A DNA stretch of 64,000 bases from assembly GCA_030428205.1 (NCBI GenBank), contig JAUIBK010000001.1, positions 199,966 to 263,965 on the forward strand, written 5' to 3'. Positions 32,964 to 43,016 of the stretch are shown here, piece by piece (the stretch's first letter is position 1; each line of letters begins with the position of its first letter). The translations under genes and the position numbers were made by a program. The stretch is from a bacterium (GTDB lineage Bacteria > Bdellovibrionota_C > UBA2361 > RFPC01). The notes beneath the pieces are model-generated. The model worked only from the letters and a program-made list of their open reading frames with translations, ran no database searches and was not told the origin of the DNA.

Positions 32964-33506
32964 ATGAACCGTGTTCAAAAACGATTCGAAGAAGAAGGCG
33001 TAGGAAAACTTAAGGAGCGTTTTAAGTACTCTACCGTCATGCAGGTACCACGCCTTAAGAAGATAGTCCTCAACTGTGGAGTTGGTGAGGGCGTGCAAAA
33101 TGGGAAAGCACTTGATTACGCCACCTACGCACTTGAGCGCATTAGTGGCCAAAAGCCAGTGATAACCCGTGCGAAGAAGTCGATTGCGACCTTTAAGCTC
33201 CGTACAGGAATGCCTATCGGAACAAAAGTAACCCTCCGCGGCCAAAGAATGTACGATTTTCTTGATCGCCTTATTGCCGTTGCGCTTCCTCGAGTACGTG
33301 ACTTTCGCGGTACTCCGAAGAAGGGGTTTGACGGGCGAGGGAACTACACACTTGGGATTAAAGAGCAGATTGTATTTCCTGAAGTGAACCTCGATAAGCT
33401 CGATAAGATTCGTGGAATGGATGTAACATTTGTTACCTCAGCTCAATCCGACGAAGAGGGGCGAGCCCTCATGGAAGAGCTTGGTATGCCATTTCGTAAG
33501 CAGTAA
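32964..33506 (+). CDS. rplE: 50S ribosomal protein L5
   Basis: L5 family sequence and position. Confidence 0.95.
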   Translation: MNRVQKRFEEEGVGKLKERFKYSTVMQVPRLKKIVLNCGVGEGVQNGKALDYATYALERISGQKPVITRAKKSIATFKLRTGMPIGTKVTLRGQRMYDFLDRLIAVALPRVRDFRGTPKKGFDGRGNYTLGIKEQIVFPEVNLDKLDKIRGMDVTFVTSAQSDEEGRALMEELGMPFRKQ

Positions 33507-33558
33507 GTTTTTATTTGTAAAGTTTGTAAGAGAGACGTAACCGGAAAGGAGAACGTTT

Positions 33559-33744
33559 GTGGCAAAGAAGTCGATTTTAGTAAAATGTGCACGTCAATCG
33601 AAGTTTAAAGTTCGAAACTACACCCGTTGCCAGGTGTGTGGGCGTCCACGTTCTGTTTACCGTAAGTTTATGCTTTGCCGGATTTGTTTCCGTGAGCATG
33701 CTCACCGTGGACTTATTCCAGGTGTAACAAAGTCGAGCTGGTAA
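33559..33744 (+). CDS. rpsZ: 30S ribosomal protein S14 type Z (zinc-binding, GTG start)
   Basis: 61 aa with C-x2-C...C-x2-C: [23 protein letters not shown]. Confidence 0.93.
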   Translation: MAKKSILVKCARQSKFKVRNYTRCQVCGRPRSVYRKFMLCRICFREHAHRGLIPGVTKSSW

Positions 33745-33777
33745 GCGCGAAAAGTTTTTTGGGCGAGGAAAAAAGAA

Positions 33778-34179
33778 ATGATAACTGATCCAATTGCAGA
33801 CCTTTTGACAAGAGTTCGAAATGCACAACGTGCCGGGCACTACACGGTTCGTATTCGCAAGTCGAATATGGCGGAACGAATTCTTCGTGTACTCAAAGAC
33901 GAAGGGTTTATTTCAGAGTTTGAAGTAAAGCAGAACGAAGACTCTCCCTTTGAAGAGTTTGAAGCACGCCTGAAGTACACCAGTACTGGCGCGCCAATGA
34001 TTCAAGAAGCACGACGTGCAAGCCGTCCTGGACGACGCATGTATGCTCGTGGAGAAGAGCTTCCCCAGATTCACCGTGGTCTTGGAATTGCTCTTATCTC
34101 TACTTCCGAGGGAGTAATGTCAGATCGAGCTGCTCGACAAAAGAAGATTGGAGGAGAAGTTCTCGCATACATCGGCTAA
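33778..34179 (+). CDS. rpsH: 30S ribosomal protein S8
   Basis: MITDPIADLLTRVRNA... canonical S8. Confidence 0.95.
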   Translation: MITDPIADLLTRVRNAQRAGHYTVRIRKSNMAERILRVLKDEGFISEFEVKQNEDSPFEEFEARLKYTSTGAPMIQEARRASRPGRRMYARGEELPQIHRGLGIALISTSEGVMSDRAARQKKIGGEVLAYIG

Positions 34180-34230
34180 ATGCCGCTAGAGAGCTTTGTG
34201 AAGTCTACGTAGAACGTAAGGAATATTGAG

Positions 34231-34767
34231 ATGTCTCGTGTAGGAAAACAACCAGTTGCTATCCCATCAGGTGTGAAAGTGGCTGTAAACGCTGGAGTCG
34301 TTTCTGTTGAAGGGCCAAAGGGAAAGCTCGAGCAGCGCGTCCTTCCTTTCATTGAAGCTTCTGTTGAAAATGATGAGGTTGTCCTCGCTAAGAAAGGCAA
34401 CACGAAGCAAGCTGCAGCAAACTGGGGTACAACCCGTTCTCTTGTTTCCAACATGGTTCAAGGGGTAACAGAAGGTTGGACGAAGTCGCTTGAGCTCCAT
34501 GGAGTTGGGTTTGTTGCTCAGATGAAGGGTGATGTGATTACTCTCGCAACTGGTTACTCACACAAAACAGACGTAAAGGTTCCAGCGATTGTGCAAGCAA
34601 AAGTTGATAAGCAAAAAATCGATTTAGAATCGTGCGATCGTCAAGCGGTTGGGGAGCTAGCTGCAACACTTCGCGCTGTTTGTCCACCAGAGCCGTACCT
34701 TGGAAAAGGTGTGCGATACGCAGGAGAAGCTGTGCGTCGTAAAGCTGGTAAGGCTGGAGCGAAGTAA
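34231..34767 (+). CDS. rplF: 50S ribosomal protein L6
   Basis: MSRVGKQPVAIPSGVKV... canonical L6. Confidence 0.95.
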   Translation: MSRVGKQPVAIPSGVKVAVNAGVVSVEGPKGKLEQRVLPFIEASVENDEVVLAKKGNTKQAAANWGTTRSLVSNMVQGVTEGWTKSLELHGVGFVAQMKGDVITLATGYSHKTDVKVPAIVQAKVDKQKIDLESCDRQAVGELAATLRAVCPPEPYLGKGVRYAGEAVRRKAGKAGAK

Positions 34768-34797
34768 GACGAGGCGAGTTTTAAGAGGAAGAATTCC

Positions 34798-35208
34798 ATG
34801 GCTATTAAACCAAAGAAAGAAAAAATTAGCGCGCGACTTCGAAGGAAGTATCGTATTCGTAAGCGACTTTCTGGGACTGCTGATCGTCCACGTCTCTCGG
34901 TGTATCGTAGTGGCAAGTTTACCTATGCACAGGTTATTTCGGATCTGACTGGTGAGACCTTGGCTTCTGCGTCTACTCGAGACAAAGACGTGCTTGATGC
35001 TGTAGGAAAGATCGACAAGGAGGGTGTACATAGCGAAGCTTCTTCATCGAAGAGCGTTATTGCTGCTAAAGCCCTTGGACTCGTTGTCGCTCAAAAAGCG
35101 AAAGAGAAGAGTATCGAAAGTATCGTTTTTGATCGTAACGGTTACCTCTATCACGGACGTATTAAAGCTGTGGCAGATGGTGCTCGTGAAGGTGGACTAC
35201 AGTTCTAA
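34798..35208 (+). CDS. rplR: 50S ribosomal protein L18
   Basis: L18 family sequence and position. Confidence 0.92.
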   Translation: MAIKPKKEKISARLRRKYRIRKRLSGTADRPRLSVYRSGKFTYAQVISDLTGETLASASTRDKDVLDAVGKIDKEGVHSEASSSKSVIAAKALGLVVAQKAKEKSIESIVFDRNGYLYHGRIKAVADGAREGGLQF

Positions 35209-35232
35209 GAGTAAAGGTGACTGGAGAGGAAT

Positions 35233-35769
35233 ATGAAGTTTAAAGATAAAGTTCATGGTCGACGTGTTGCAACGGAGAACTGTGGAGAGCTTACAGACAA
35301 GACGGTTTTTATCAACCGTGTTGCAAAAGTAGTAAAGGGCGGACGTCGCTTTAGCTTTAGTGCTCTCGTTGTTTCTGGCGATGGTCAGGGACACGTTGGT
35401 TTTGGCCTTGGGAAGGCGAATGAAGTTCCTGAAGCTATTCGCAAAGCTTCTGAGACGGCGAGAAAAACTCTCGTTAAAGTCCCAATGCGTGGATCAACTG
35501 TTCCTCACGATGTGGTTGGAAAGTTTGGACCGAGCAAGATCGTTATTAAGCCAGCGCCTCCAGGGACTGGAGTTATCGCCGGTTCTGTTGTGCGTGCTGT
35601 GGTTGAAGCAGCTGGTATCCATGATATCCGCACGAAGTGTATCGGTTCAAACCGAGCACAGAATGTTATTCAAGCAACGATGAGTGGCTTGCTTGGACTT
35701 AAAGATCCAGAGGCATTCGCGCAAGAGCGTGGAGTTACTCTCGAGGAGATGGGTTATACACCTTACTAA
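35233..35769 (+). CDS. rpsE: 30S ribosomal protein S5
   Basis: S5 family sequence and position. Confidence 0.95.
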   Translation: MKFKDKVHGRRVATENCGELTDKTVFINRVAKVVKGGRRFSFSALVVSGDGQGHVGFGLGKANEVPEAIRKASETARKTLVKVPMRGSTVPHDVVGKFGPSKIVIKPAPPGTGVIAGSVVRAVVEAAGIHDIRTKCIGSNRAQNVIQATMSGLLGLKDPEAFAQERGVTLEEMGYTPY

Positions 35770-35804
35770 GAATCAGGTGTATGGCTACAAGAGGAGGAAA
35801 GACA

Positions 35805-36017
35805 ATGGCAGAGCAATCAAATAACGAAGCAGACGTAAAGCGCGTTCTTGTGCGTCAAATCCGTGGAGTACGAGGAAGAACAAAGCGAACCCGTGCGACT
35901 CTTGATGCGCTCGGACTCGGCCGAATTGGAAAAGAGAAAGAATTTGATGTGAATCCTGCGGTTGTAGGAATGATCCGCTCAGTTCGTCACCTTGTGGACG
36001 TTGAGAAGGTAGCTTAA
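35805..36017 (+). CDS. rpmD: 50S ribosomal protein L30
   Basis: AGGAGG RBS 8 nt before the ATG at 35805. The ORF-track start at 35781 is in-frame but lacks an RBS. Confidence 0.85.
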   Translation: MAEQSNNEADVKRVLVRQIRGVRGRTKRTRATLDALGLGRIGKEKEFDVNPAVVGMIRSVRHLVDVEKVA

Positions 36018-36036
36018 GGGATAAGAGAGAAGAACA

Positions 36037-36522
36037 ATGGAAAAGCAAGAATCTACATTAGAGCTCTGGTCACTTGCTCCTTCAAAAGGAGCCCGTACCA
36101 ACCGTAAGCGCCTCGGCCGTGGTGAAGCTTCAGGTGTTGGAAAGACCTGTGGAAAGGGAAACAAGGGGCAAAAATCTCGTGCCGGTGCTTCTATCCCAGC
36201 GTGGTTTGAAGGTGGACAGATGCCACTTTACCGTCGTATTGCAAAGATTGGCTTTCAGTCGCGTAAACGACTCCAAGGTATCAACCAGTATCGCATCGTT
36301 GATGTTACAGTGTTGAACGCTTTTGATGATGGCGCTGTTGTTGATGTTGAAACACTCAAGGCTATCGGCAAAGGCCCACGTGGCAATAAGCTTGCTGGTA
36401 TCAAGATTGTTGGTAACGGTGAAGTGACTAAAAAGCTTACCGTGAAAGTCCAAGCGGCAACGGCTGGAGCCAAGAAGGCTATTGAGGCTGCTGGTGGGAC
36501 GTTTGAGGCGGCTGAGAAGTAA
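36037..36522 (+). CDS. rplO: 50S ribosomal protein L15
   Basis: L15 family sequence and position. Confidence 0.93.
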   Translation: MEKQESTLELWSLAPSKGARTNRKRLGRGEASGVGKTCGKGNKGQKSRAGASIPAWFEGGQMPLYRRIAKIGFQSRKRLQGINQYRIVDVTVLNAFDDGAVVDVETLKAIGKGPRGNKLAGIKIVGNGEVTKKLTVKVQAATAGAKKAIEAAGGTFEAAEK

Positions 36523-36642
36523 TTCACGGTACTAAGCTGAAAAATTTTCTATAACGCGAAAGGGCGCGAAGAACACGGAGGAAATTGGCCTTTGTGGTCT
36601 TGGCGCCCTTTTGCGTTGTATGGCATTTTTTTAGGCGGAGGC

Positions 36643-36799
36643 TGATACCAAGAATAAGGCCAAAGCGAAGATATAGGCAAAGGCTGAGGCTGATATAAAG
36701 ACTACGAGCTAGGGGAATCTATTTCCTTAGCCCCAGCCCTTGTCTCAGTCTTGGTCTATATCTTCGCTTTGGCCTTATTCTTGGTATCAGCCTCCGCCT
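36643..36799. repeat. 157-bp palindromic intergenic element (family 1), perfect ~43-bp terminal inverted arms, inserted between rplO and secY
   Basis: Left arm aggcggaggctgataccaagaataaggccaaagcgaagatatag and right arm ctatatcttcgctttggccttattcttggtatcagcctccgcct are exact reverse complements. A homologous element lies at 42719-42884. Confidence 0.85.
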
Positions 36800-36933
36800 T
36801 TGCCTAAGACACCAAAGAAATCTTGCCCTCGTGCTGCTTTTGAGTTTTTTACCTTCCCCTTTCATTCTTCGCCGATGCAGAGTAGTCTAAGAACCCATAT
36901 TTATACCTAAGCTTCATAGGAGAAAGTACTGAG

Positions 36934-38274
36934 ATGTTAGGTGGACTAGGTGATGTCGGGAAAATTCCTGAACTACGAAAGCGTATTTTTTTTACGATTG
37001 CACTTCTTGCAGTCTATCGCTTAGGGATCTTTGTTTCTACTCCCGGAATTGATGTTGAAGCGCTTCGTAACCTATTTGATACAAGCGAAGGCACACTCTT
37101 TGGGATGATTAACATGTTTTCCGGAGGGGCGTTTGAGCAGTTCTCAATCTTTACCCTCGGTATCATGCCGTACATTAGTGTTTCTATTATTATTCAGGTT
37201 CTGACTCCTGCTCTTCCAGCGCTCGAAGCGCTCAAGAAGGAGGGCGAGGCTGGAAGACGCATCCTTACTCGTTATACCCGTCAGGGAACGGTTATCCTTG
37301 CACTTTTTCAAGCCTTTTTTATCTCAGCTGGTCTCGAAAGCCAGGGACTTGTTCTTAATCCTGGTTGGGCTTTTCGTGTTTCAACAATGTTGACGCTCAC
37401 AGCTGGGACCGCGTTTATCATGTGGTTAGGTGAGCAGATAACAGAGAAAGGTATTGGAAATGGAATTAGTATTATCATCTTTGCTGGTATCGTAGCTCGT
37501 ATGCCAGAGGTTCTCTACTATACTGTTGACCTTACTCGCTCTGGTGAGATTCAGCCTCTCGTGATGCTTATGCTCCTCCTTTTCTGCTTAGCAACAATTG
37601 CAGCAATTGTTTTTGTTGAGCGTTCACACCGCAAGATTCCTGTGCAGTACCCACGCCGTATGGTTGGAAACAACATGGCTCAAGCGCAAACACAGTATAT
37701 GCCACTCAAAGTCAATATGGCTGGAGTTATCCCTCCTATTTTTGCCTCAGCCTTCCTCGTTGTGCCGGCAACACTTGGCTCGTTTACCAGCAGTGAAGTG
37801 CTTCAAGACCTTATGGTCTATCTTACTCCAGGGACAGCAAGTTACTCTATTATCTTTGTCGCACTGATTATTATGTTCACCTTCTTCTATGTTCCTATTA
37901 TCTTTAATCCAGAAGAAGTGGCAGAGAATCTCAAGAAGAATGGTGGCTTTGTTCCTACTGTGCGACCAGGAAAACCAACAGCTGATTTCCTCTACAAAGT
38001 GCTCAACCGAATTACGCTTTGGGGCTCAATCTACATCGCAGCTATCTGTATCATTCCGCAGCTTTTCTATTTTGAAATGGGCGCTGAGAGTTTTGCTTAT
38101 GTTTTTGGTGGAACAGCGGTACTCATTGTTGTTGGTGTAACGCTTGATACGGCGTCGCAAATTGAATCTTTTGTTGTTAGCCGAAACTATGAAGCGTTCA
38201 TGAGTCGAAGTACGAAAAAGAAAGGCGGCATCGGTTCGATGAGTTATTCTCGAAGCCGACTCCTTCGTCGTTAA
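36934..38274 (+). CDS. secY: preprotein translocase subunit SecY
   Basis: 446 aa with 10 TM segments and conserved SecY motifs (GIMPYISVSIIIQ...). Confidence 0.96.
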   Translation: MLGGLGDVGKIPELRKRIFFTIALLAVYRLGIFVSTPGIDVEALRNLFDTSEGTLFGMINMFSGGAFEQFSIFTLGIMPYISVSIIIQVLTPALPALEALKKEGEAGRRILTRYTRQGTVILALFQAFFISAGLESQGLVLNPGWAFRVSTMLTLTAGTAFIMWLGEQITEKGIGNGISIIIFAGIVARMPEVLYYTVDLTRSGEIQPLVMLMLLLFCLATIAAIVFVERSHRKIPVQYPRRMVGNNMAQAQTQYMPLKVNMAGVIPPIFASAFLVVPATLGSFTSSEVLQDLMVYLTPGTASYSIIFVALIIMFTFFYVPIIFNPEEVAENLKKNGGFVPTVRPGKPTADFLYKVLNRITLWGSIYIAAICIIPQLFYFEMGAESFAYVFGGTAVLIVVGVTLDTASQIESFVVSRNYEAFMSRSTKKKGGIGSMSYSRSRLLRR

Positions 38275-38303
38275 TCACATTCACAAAACAAGGAGATCTA
38301 CCT

Positions 38304-38882
38304 ATGGAACGTATCGTTATCTTAGGGCCTCCAGGGGCTGGCAAAGGAACACAAGCACTCCTTCTCTGTGAGAAGTTAGGAGTACCTCATATCTCAACCG
38401 GTGAGATCCTGCGAAACGCTGTCAGCAATGAGACCAAGCTTGGACTTGAAGCAAAACAGTATATGGATCGAGGTGAGCTTGTTCCTGATGAAGTGGTGAT
38501 TGGACTAGTGCGCGAGCGACTCTCTGAGCCTGATTGTGACACCGGTTACCTCCTTGACGGATTTCCACGTACTCTTGAGCAAGCAAAAGAGCTTGATGTG
38601 ATTCTCAAAGAGATCGGCAAAGAGGTGACGGTGGTGCTTGAACTTCAGGTTCCTGAGCAGGCATTACTTGATCGCATCAAGAATCGTGCAGCCGAAGGCT
38701 CTGGCCGAAGTGACGATAACGTGGAAGTTGCCTCAAACCGCCTCCGAGTCTACTGGGAGCAAACAGCACCGGTGACGGCGTACTATGAAGAGCACCTTTC
38801 GGTTGAGAAGGTCGACGGAATTGGAACCGTTGAAGAGGTTACCCAGCGAATAGCCGAGGTGTTTGAGGAGTCTAGCTCGTAA
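38304..38882 (+). CDS. adk: adenylate kinase (short type without zinc lid)
   Basis: P-loop GPPGAGKGTQ. Conserved LLDGFPRT... motif. Confidence 0.95.
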   Translation: MERIVILGPPGAGKGTQALLLCEKLGVPHISTGEILRNAVSNETKLGLEAKQYMDRGELVPDEVVIGLVRERLSEPDCDTGYLLDGFPRTLEQAKELDVILKEIGKEVTVVLELQVPEQALLDRIKNRAAEGSGRSDDNVEVASNRLRVYWEQTAPVTAYYEEHLSVEKVDGIGTVEEVTQRIAEVFEESSS

Positions 38883-39301
38883 CATCCTTAAAATACTGTA
38901 TAATTTTAGGGGTTGCGTCTTGTCGGATTTCTCTCATTTTTCTTCTGGGCACAGGTTGAGATCATACGAGAATCGTTGTAAGATGCCTGCCCTTAGCCCC
39001 TGGAAAAAGAACAGTCTTTTCAGGTTGATAGGCTGAGTTACGAAGCACTCGTTAGAATGTCGCAAAAAATTTTCTGCATTGCAGAAATTTTATTGCCTCG
39101 CGTAGTCGCAAGAGAAGCATTGCGTCGAAGTTGATATGTGAAGTTTACGGGCACATACACTTTGAATACGGTGTGTTTTTTCATTCTACGTTGAATGTTG
39201 AGTTATGAGCGAGATTGTTCTTTCGCTAGATATTCTGCGGGAGTGTGTTTTGCGGGAGTTTGTTGAAAGATGCCCGTTATTTTTTTTAGGAGCGTGAAGC
39301 T

Positions 39302-39418
39302 ATGAAAGTAAGAGCATCGGTAAAACCAATTTGCGCATATTGTCGTGTTGTTCGTCGTAAAGGACGTGTGTTTGTTATCTGTAAGAGAACACCAAAACAC
39401 AAACAGCGACAAGGATAA
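39302..39418 (+). CDS. rpmJ: 50S ribosomal protein L36
   Basis: [46 protein letters not shown]. Absent from the ORF track because it is only 38 aa. Confidence 0.93.
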   Translation: MKVRASVKPICAYCRVVRRKGRVFVICKRTPKHKQRQG

Positions 39419-39484
39419 ATTTTTTAGTTTGTGAAGCTCCTCCTCGGTGAGAAGAGAGTTTCAAATTTTTAGGAATAGAGAGAA

Positions 39485-39868
39485 ATGCCTCGTATTGCTG
39501 GAGTTGACCTTCCTCGAAATAAGCGTGTTATTCGCGGACTGACGTACATTTATGGCATCGGTTTAACGAAGTCTCGTAAGATTCTTGCGGAAGCTGGAGT
39601 AGAAGAGAGTGTTCGCACCGATGCTCTTTCAGCTGATCAAGTTGCTCGTATCCGAAACATCATCGAGTCGCGTGAGCAAGTGGAAGGGGATCTCCGTCGT
39701 GAACGTCAGATGGCTATTAAACGACTCATGGATCTCGGTTGCTACCGTGGCCTTCGTCACCGACGTAATTTACCTTCTCGAGGGCAGCGTACAAAGACTA
39801 ATGCGCGTACTCGAAAAGGACCACGTCGTATGGCTGTTGCCGGTAAGAAGAAGGCAACGAAGAAATAG
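39485..39868 (+). CDS. rpsM: 30S ribosomal protein S13
   Basis: [15 protein letters not shown]... canonical S13. Confidence 0.96.
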   Translation: MPRIAGVDLPRNKRVIRGLTYIYGIGLTKSRKILAEAGVEESVRTDALSADQVARIRNIIESREQVEGDLRRERQMAIKRLMDLGCYRGLRHRRNLPSRGQRTKTNARTRKGPRRMAVAGKKKATKK

Positions 39869-39915
39869 TTTGTGATTGGTGATTAACGAATAGTTCAATT
39901 TTTGGAGGAACTGTT

Positions 39916-40305
39916 TTGGCTCAAGCTCGTACTTCTCGAAAGAAGAAGGTAAAAAAGAATGTCCCTGTGGGAGTGGCGCACATTCACGCGACTTTTAATA
40001 ACACAATCGTTACCATAACTGACCCAACAGGCGGTGTGGTTTCGTGGTCATCTGCTGGCTGTAATGGCTTTAAGGGGTCGCGTAAGTCTACTCCGTTTGC
40101 CGCGCAGGTTGCTGGTGAGCAAGCGGCTCAAAAAGCACGCGACATGGGTATGCGCACTGTGAGTGTTATGGTCAAAGGGCCAGGCTCTGGACGGGAATCT
40201 GCTCTTCGCGCACTTGCGTCAAAGGGCCTCAACATTTCAGTGATTAAAGATGTTACGCCGGTGCCTCACAATGGGTGCCGTCCGCGTAAGAGTCGACGAG
40301 TATAA
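39916..40305 (+). CDS. rpsK: 30S ribosomal protein S11 (TTG start)
   Basis: S11 family sequence. GGAGG RBS at 39904. Confidence 0.93.
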   Translation: MAQARTSRKKKVKKNVPVGVAHIHATFNNTIVTITDPTGGVVSWSSAGCNGFKGSRKSTPFAAQVAGEQAAQKARDMGMRTVSVMVKGPGSGRESALRALASKGLNISVIKDVTPVPHNGCRPRKSRRV

Positions 40306-40326
40306 AGACGGGAAGAAAGAGGAAGT

Positions 40327-40953
40327 ATGGCTAAGTATACTGGACCAGTTTGTCGGTTATGCCGCAGAGAAGGCGAAAAGCTTTTCTTAAAAGGTGAGCG
40401 TTGCTTTACAAGTAAGTGCTCTGTTGAGCGTCGAGAAGGTGCACCGGGGCAACACGGTCGTGGGCGTCAGTCACGCTCTGACTACAAAATTCAGCTCCGC
40501 GCTAAGCAGAAGGTTCGTCGTTCTTACGGTGTTCTTGAGCGCAAGTTCCGCGAGTACTTCCAGAAAGCTGCCAAAACAAAAGGCGTGACCGGTACTGAGC
40601 TTTTGATCAACCTTGAGCGTCGTCTTGATAACGTCGTGTACCGTCTCGGTTTTGGCTCATCACGAGCTCATGCTCGTCAAGTCGTTGGTCACGGACACAT
40701 CCGTGTAAACGGTAAACGCGTGAATATTCCTTCTTTCGCTGTTTCTATTGGTGATGTTGTTGAAGTTGCTGATGGTGCACGAAACGATGTGAGCATTGTG
40801 GGAGCTATGGCGGCTGGTGAAGCTCGTAGCATCCCTGAGTGGTTAACCCTCGAGCGAAACGCATTTCGTGGAACGGTAACGGCATATCCTACTCGGGAGC
40901 AGATGCCGCAATCGTACCAAGAGCAGCTTATTGTGGAATTGTACTCGAAATAA
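40327..40953 (+). CDS. rpsD: 30S ribosomal protein S4
   Basis: MAKYTGPVCRLCRREGEKLFLKGERC... canonical S4. Confidence 0.96.
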   Translation: MAKYTGPVCRLCRREGEKLFLKGERCFTSKCSVERREGAPGQHGRGRQSRSDYKIQLRAKQKVRRSYGVLERKFREYFQKAAKTKGVTGTELLINLERRLDNVVYRLGFGSSRAHARQVVGHGHIRVNGKRVNIPSFAVSIGDVVEVADGARNDVSIVGAMAAGEARSIPEWLTLERNAFRGTVTAYPTREQMPQSYQEQLIVELYSK

Positions 40954-41021
40954 CATTTCGTAGGTACGTTGGAGTTTTTGGTCTATCAGGTATCTTTTTC
41001 AGTAACTAAAGAGGGACGTTC

Positions 41022-42041
41022 ATGAAGCGAATTAATTTGCGAGATCTCATCAAGCCCAAGAGAGTAGAGCTCGAGAATAACACACTCGACGATCGCTATG
41101 GGAAGTTTGTTGCTGAGCCGCTTGAGCGCGGATTCGGTCTAACAATTGGTAACGGTCTACGCCGTATTCTTCTTTCATCGCTTCAGGGTGCTGCTATCAC
41201 CTCGTTGCGTATTGAGGGAGTCATGCACGAGTTCTCAACGATCTCTGGTGTCGCAGAAGATGTGACTGATATTGTACTCAACCTCAAAAATGTTGTTCCT
41301 CGTATGGAAGAAAAAGACGAGGCGCATCTTACTATTGATGCTACTGGCCCATGTGAAGTGACGGCTGGTATGATCTCTGGGGACCCTGGTGTTGAAATCC
41401 TCAACCCTGAGTTACACATTGCTACTCTTGGTGAAAACGCTACGCTCAAAATGGAGCTCACCATTAAGTCTGGTCGTGGATATGTTACGGCTGATAAGAA
41501 CAAGATTGAAGGTGCTCCGGTTGGAACCATCTTTATCGATTCTATTTTCTCTCCTATTCGTCGAGTAAACCACAACGTGACAAATGCTCGTGTTGGTCAG
41601 CGTACAGACTACGACAAGCTCACTATGGAGATCTGGACAGACGGCAGCATCGATGCTCGTTCTGCTGTGGCTCAAGCCGCTCACATCCTCGTTGATCAAC
41701 TCAACCTCTTTGTTGGAGAAGGTTTTGTTGTCGAAGAAGAGGAGCCAGTTGAAGAAGAACCGAAGAAGCAGCTCAACGAAAACCTCTTTCGTCGTATTGA
41801 GGAGATTGAGCTTAGTGTTCGAAGTGCAAACTGTCTTGAGAATGCTGATATCAAGTATATTGGTGAGCTTGTTTCGAAGACAGAAGCGGAGATGCTCCGT
41901 ACGAAGAATTTTGGTCGTAAGTCTCTTAACGAGATTAAAGAGATTCTCTCTGAGATGGGACTTGCTCTTGGCTTAAAGCTGGAAGATTTTCCTACGAGAG
42001 AAGAGCTCGACCGTATGCACCGAGAGGTGGTCGAACAGTAA
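41022..42041 (+). CDS. rpoA: DNA-directed RNA polymerase subunit alpha
   Basis: NTD and CTD motifs. Position after rpsD. Confidence 0.96.
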   Translation: MKRINLRDLIKPKRVELENNTLDDRYGKFVAEPLERGFGLTIGNGLRRILLSSLQGAAITSLRIEGVMHEFSTISGVAEDVTDIVLNLKNVVPRMEEKDEAHLTIDATGPCEVTAGMISGDPGVEILNPELHIATLGENATLKMELTIKSGRGYVTADKNKIEGAPVGTIFIDSIFSPIRRVNHNVTNARVGQRTDYDKLTMEIWTDGSIDARSAVAQAAHILVDQLNLFVGEGFVVEEEEPVEEEPKKQLNENLFRRIEEIELSVRSANCLENADIKYIGELVSKTEAEMLRTKNFGRKSLNEIKEILSEMGLALGLKLEDFPTREELDRMHREVVEQ

Positions 42042-42108
42042 GTTGTTCGGATGATTAGCAAGGCTCGTTCCACGTGATGTATCGTGAGGACAGTATCGGG
42101 AGGATGTA

Positions 42109-42618
42109 ATGAGACATCAAAAAGCGGGAAGAAAATTTGGCAGAACACCGGCACATAGGAAAGCTATGTTCCGTAATCTTGCTACATCTCTTTTTGAGCA
42201 CGAAAAAATTGAAACGACTTTAGCGAAAGCTAAGGATCTCCGTCGGGTATCTGAGAGGCTTATTACGCTTGCTGGTGAGGACACCGTTCACCACCGCCGA
42301 CAAGCATATGGATATCTCACCAAGAAGAGTGTTGTACATAAACTCTTTGCTGAGATTGGCCCTCGCTTTAAAGAACGTCCTGGTGGTTACACCCGTGTTA
42401 TCCGTACGCGTCGTCGTGCTGGTGATACTGCTGAGATGGCTATGATTGAGCTTGTTCCTGAAGAGTTCAAGCCTAAGAGCAAGTCATCAAAGAAAAAGGC
42501 TGGCTCAAAAGCAAAAGCGCCTGCCAAGAAAGCAGCAGCAAAAAAGAAAGCTGAGCCTGCCAAAGAGAAAGCGAAAGAAGAGGTCGTGGAAGCTAAGGCG
42601 GAAGAGACTGCAGAGTAA
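42109..42618 (+). CDS. rplQ: 50S ribosomal protein L17 with a Lys/Ala-rich C-terminal tail
   Basis: [24 protein letters not shown]... plus [31 protein letters not shown] tail. Confidence 0.94.
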   Translation: MRHQKAGRKFGRTPAHRKAMFRNLATSLFEHEKIETTLAKAKDLRRVSERLITLAGEDTVHHRRQAYGYLTKKSVVHKLFAEIGPRFKERPGGYTRVIRTRRRAGDTAEMAMIELVPEEFKPKSKSSKKKAGSKAKAPAKKAAAKKKAEPAKEKAKEEVVEAKAEETAE

Positions 42619-42654
42619 GTTTCCTACTGCTGTTTTTCGTAACAGTGACGTAAC

Positions 42655-42692
42655 AAACGCCCATTGGGATTTTTCTCGGTGGGCGTTTTTTT
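42655..42692 (+). terminator. rho-independent terminator after rplQ
   Basis: aacgccca-ttgggatttttctcgg-tgggcgtt followed by ttttttt. Confidence 0.6.
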
Positions 42693-42718
42693 GTGGAGGA
42701 GCGAGCAGAGCTTTTTTA

Positions 42719-42884
42719 CCTAGGCTGATGCCAAGAATAAGACTAAAGCGAAGATATAGGCCAAGGTAGAGGCTGAGATAAAGACCAAGAGCTACGAGAG
42801 TCTCTTTCTTAGGCTTAGCCTCAGCCTGCGCCTCAGTCCTAGTCTATATCTTCGCTTTAGTCTTATTCTTGGCATCAGCCTAGG
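42719..42884. repeat. 166-bp palindromic intergenic element (family 1, second full copy)
   Basis: cctaggctgatgccaagaataagactaaagcgaagatatagg and ctatatcttcgctttagtcttattcttggcatcagcctagg are perfect reverse complements. About 85% identical to the 36643-36799 element. Confidence 0.85.
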
Positions 42885-43016
42885 CCTCTTAAGGATTAGG
42901 TCAGGATGAAGGTTAAAGTCAGGGTTAAGACGTAAGACTTTTTTGGGCAACTCTTTAGTTTTTTCTCGAAAAAAGCCAATATATAGCTTACTTATTCATC
43001 AAGGAGCATAGATACC

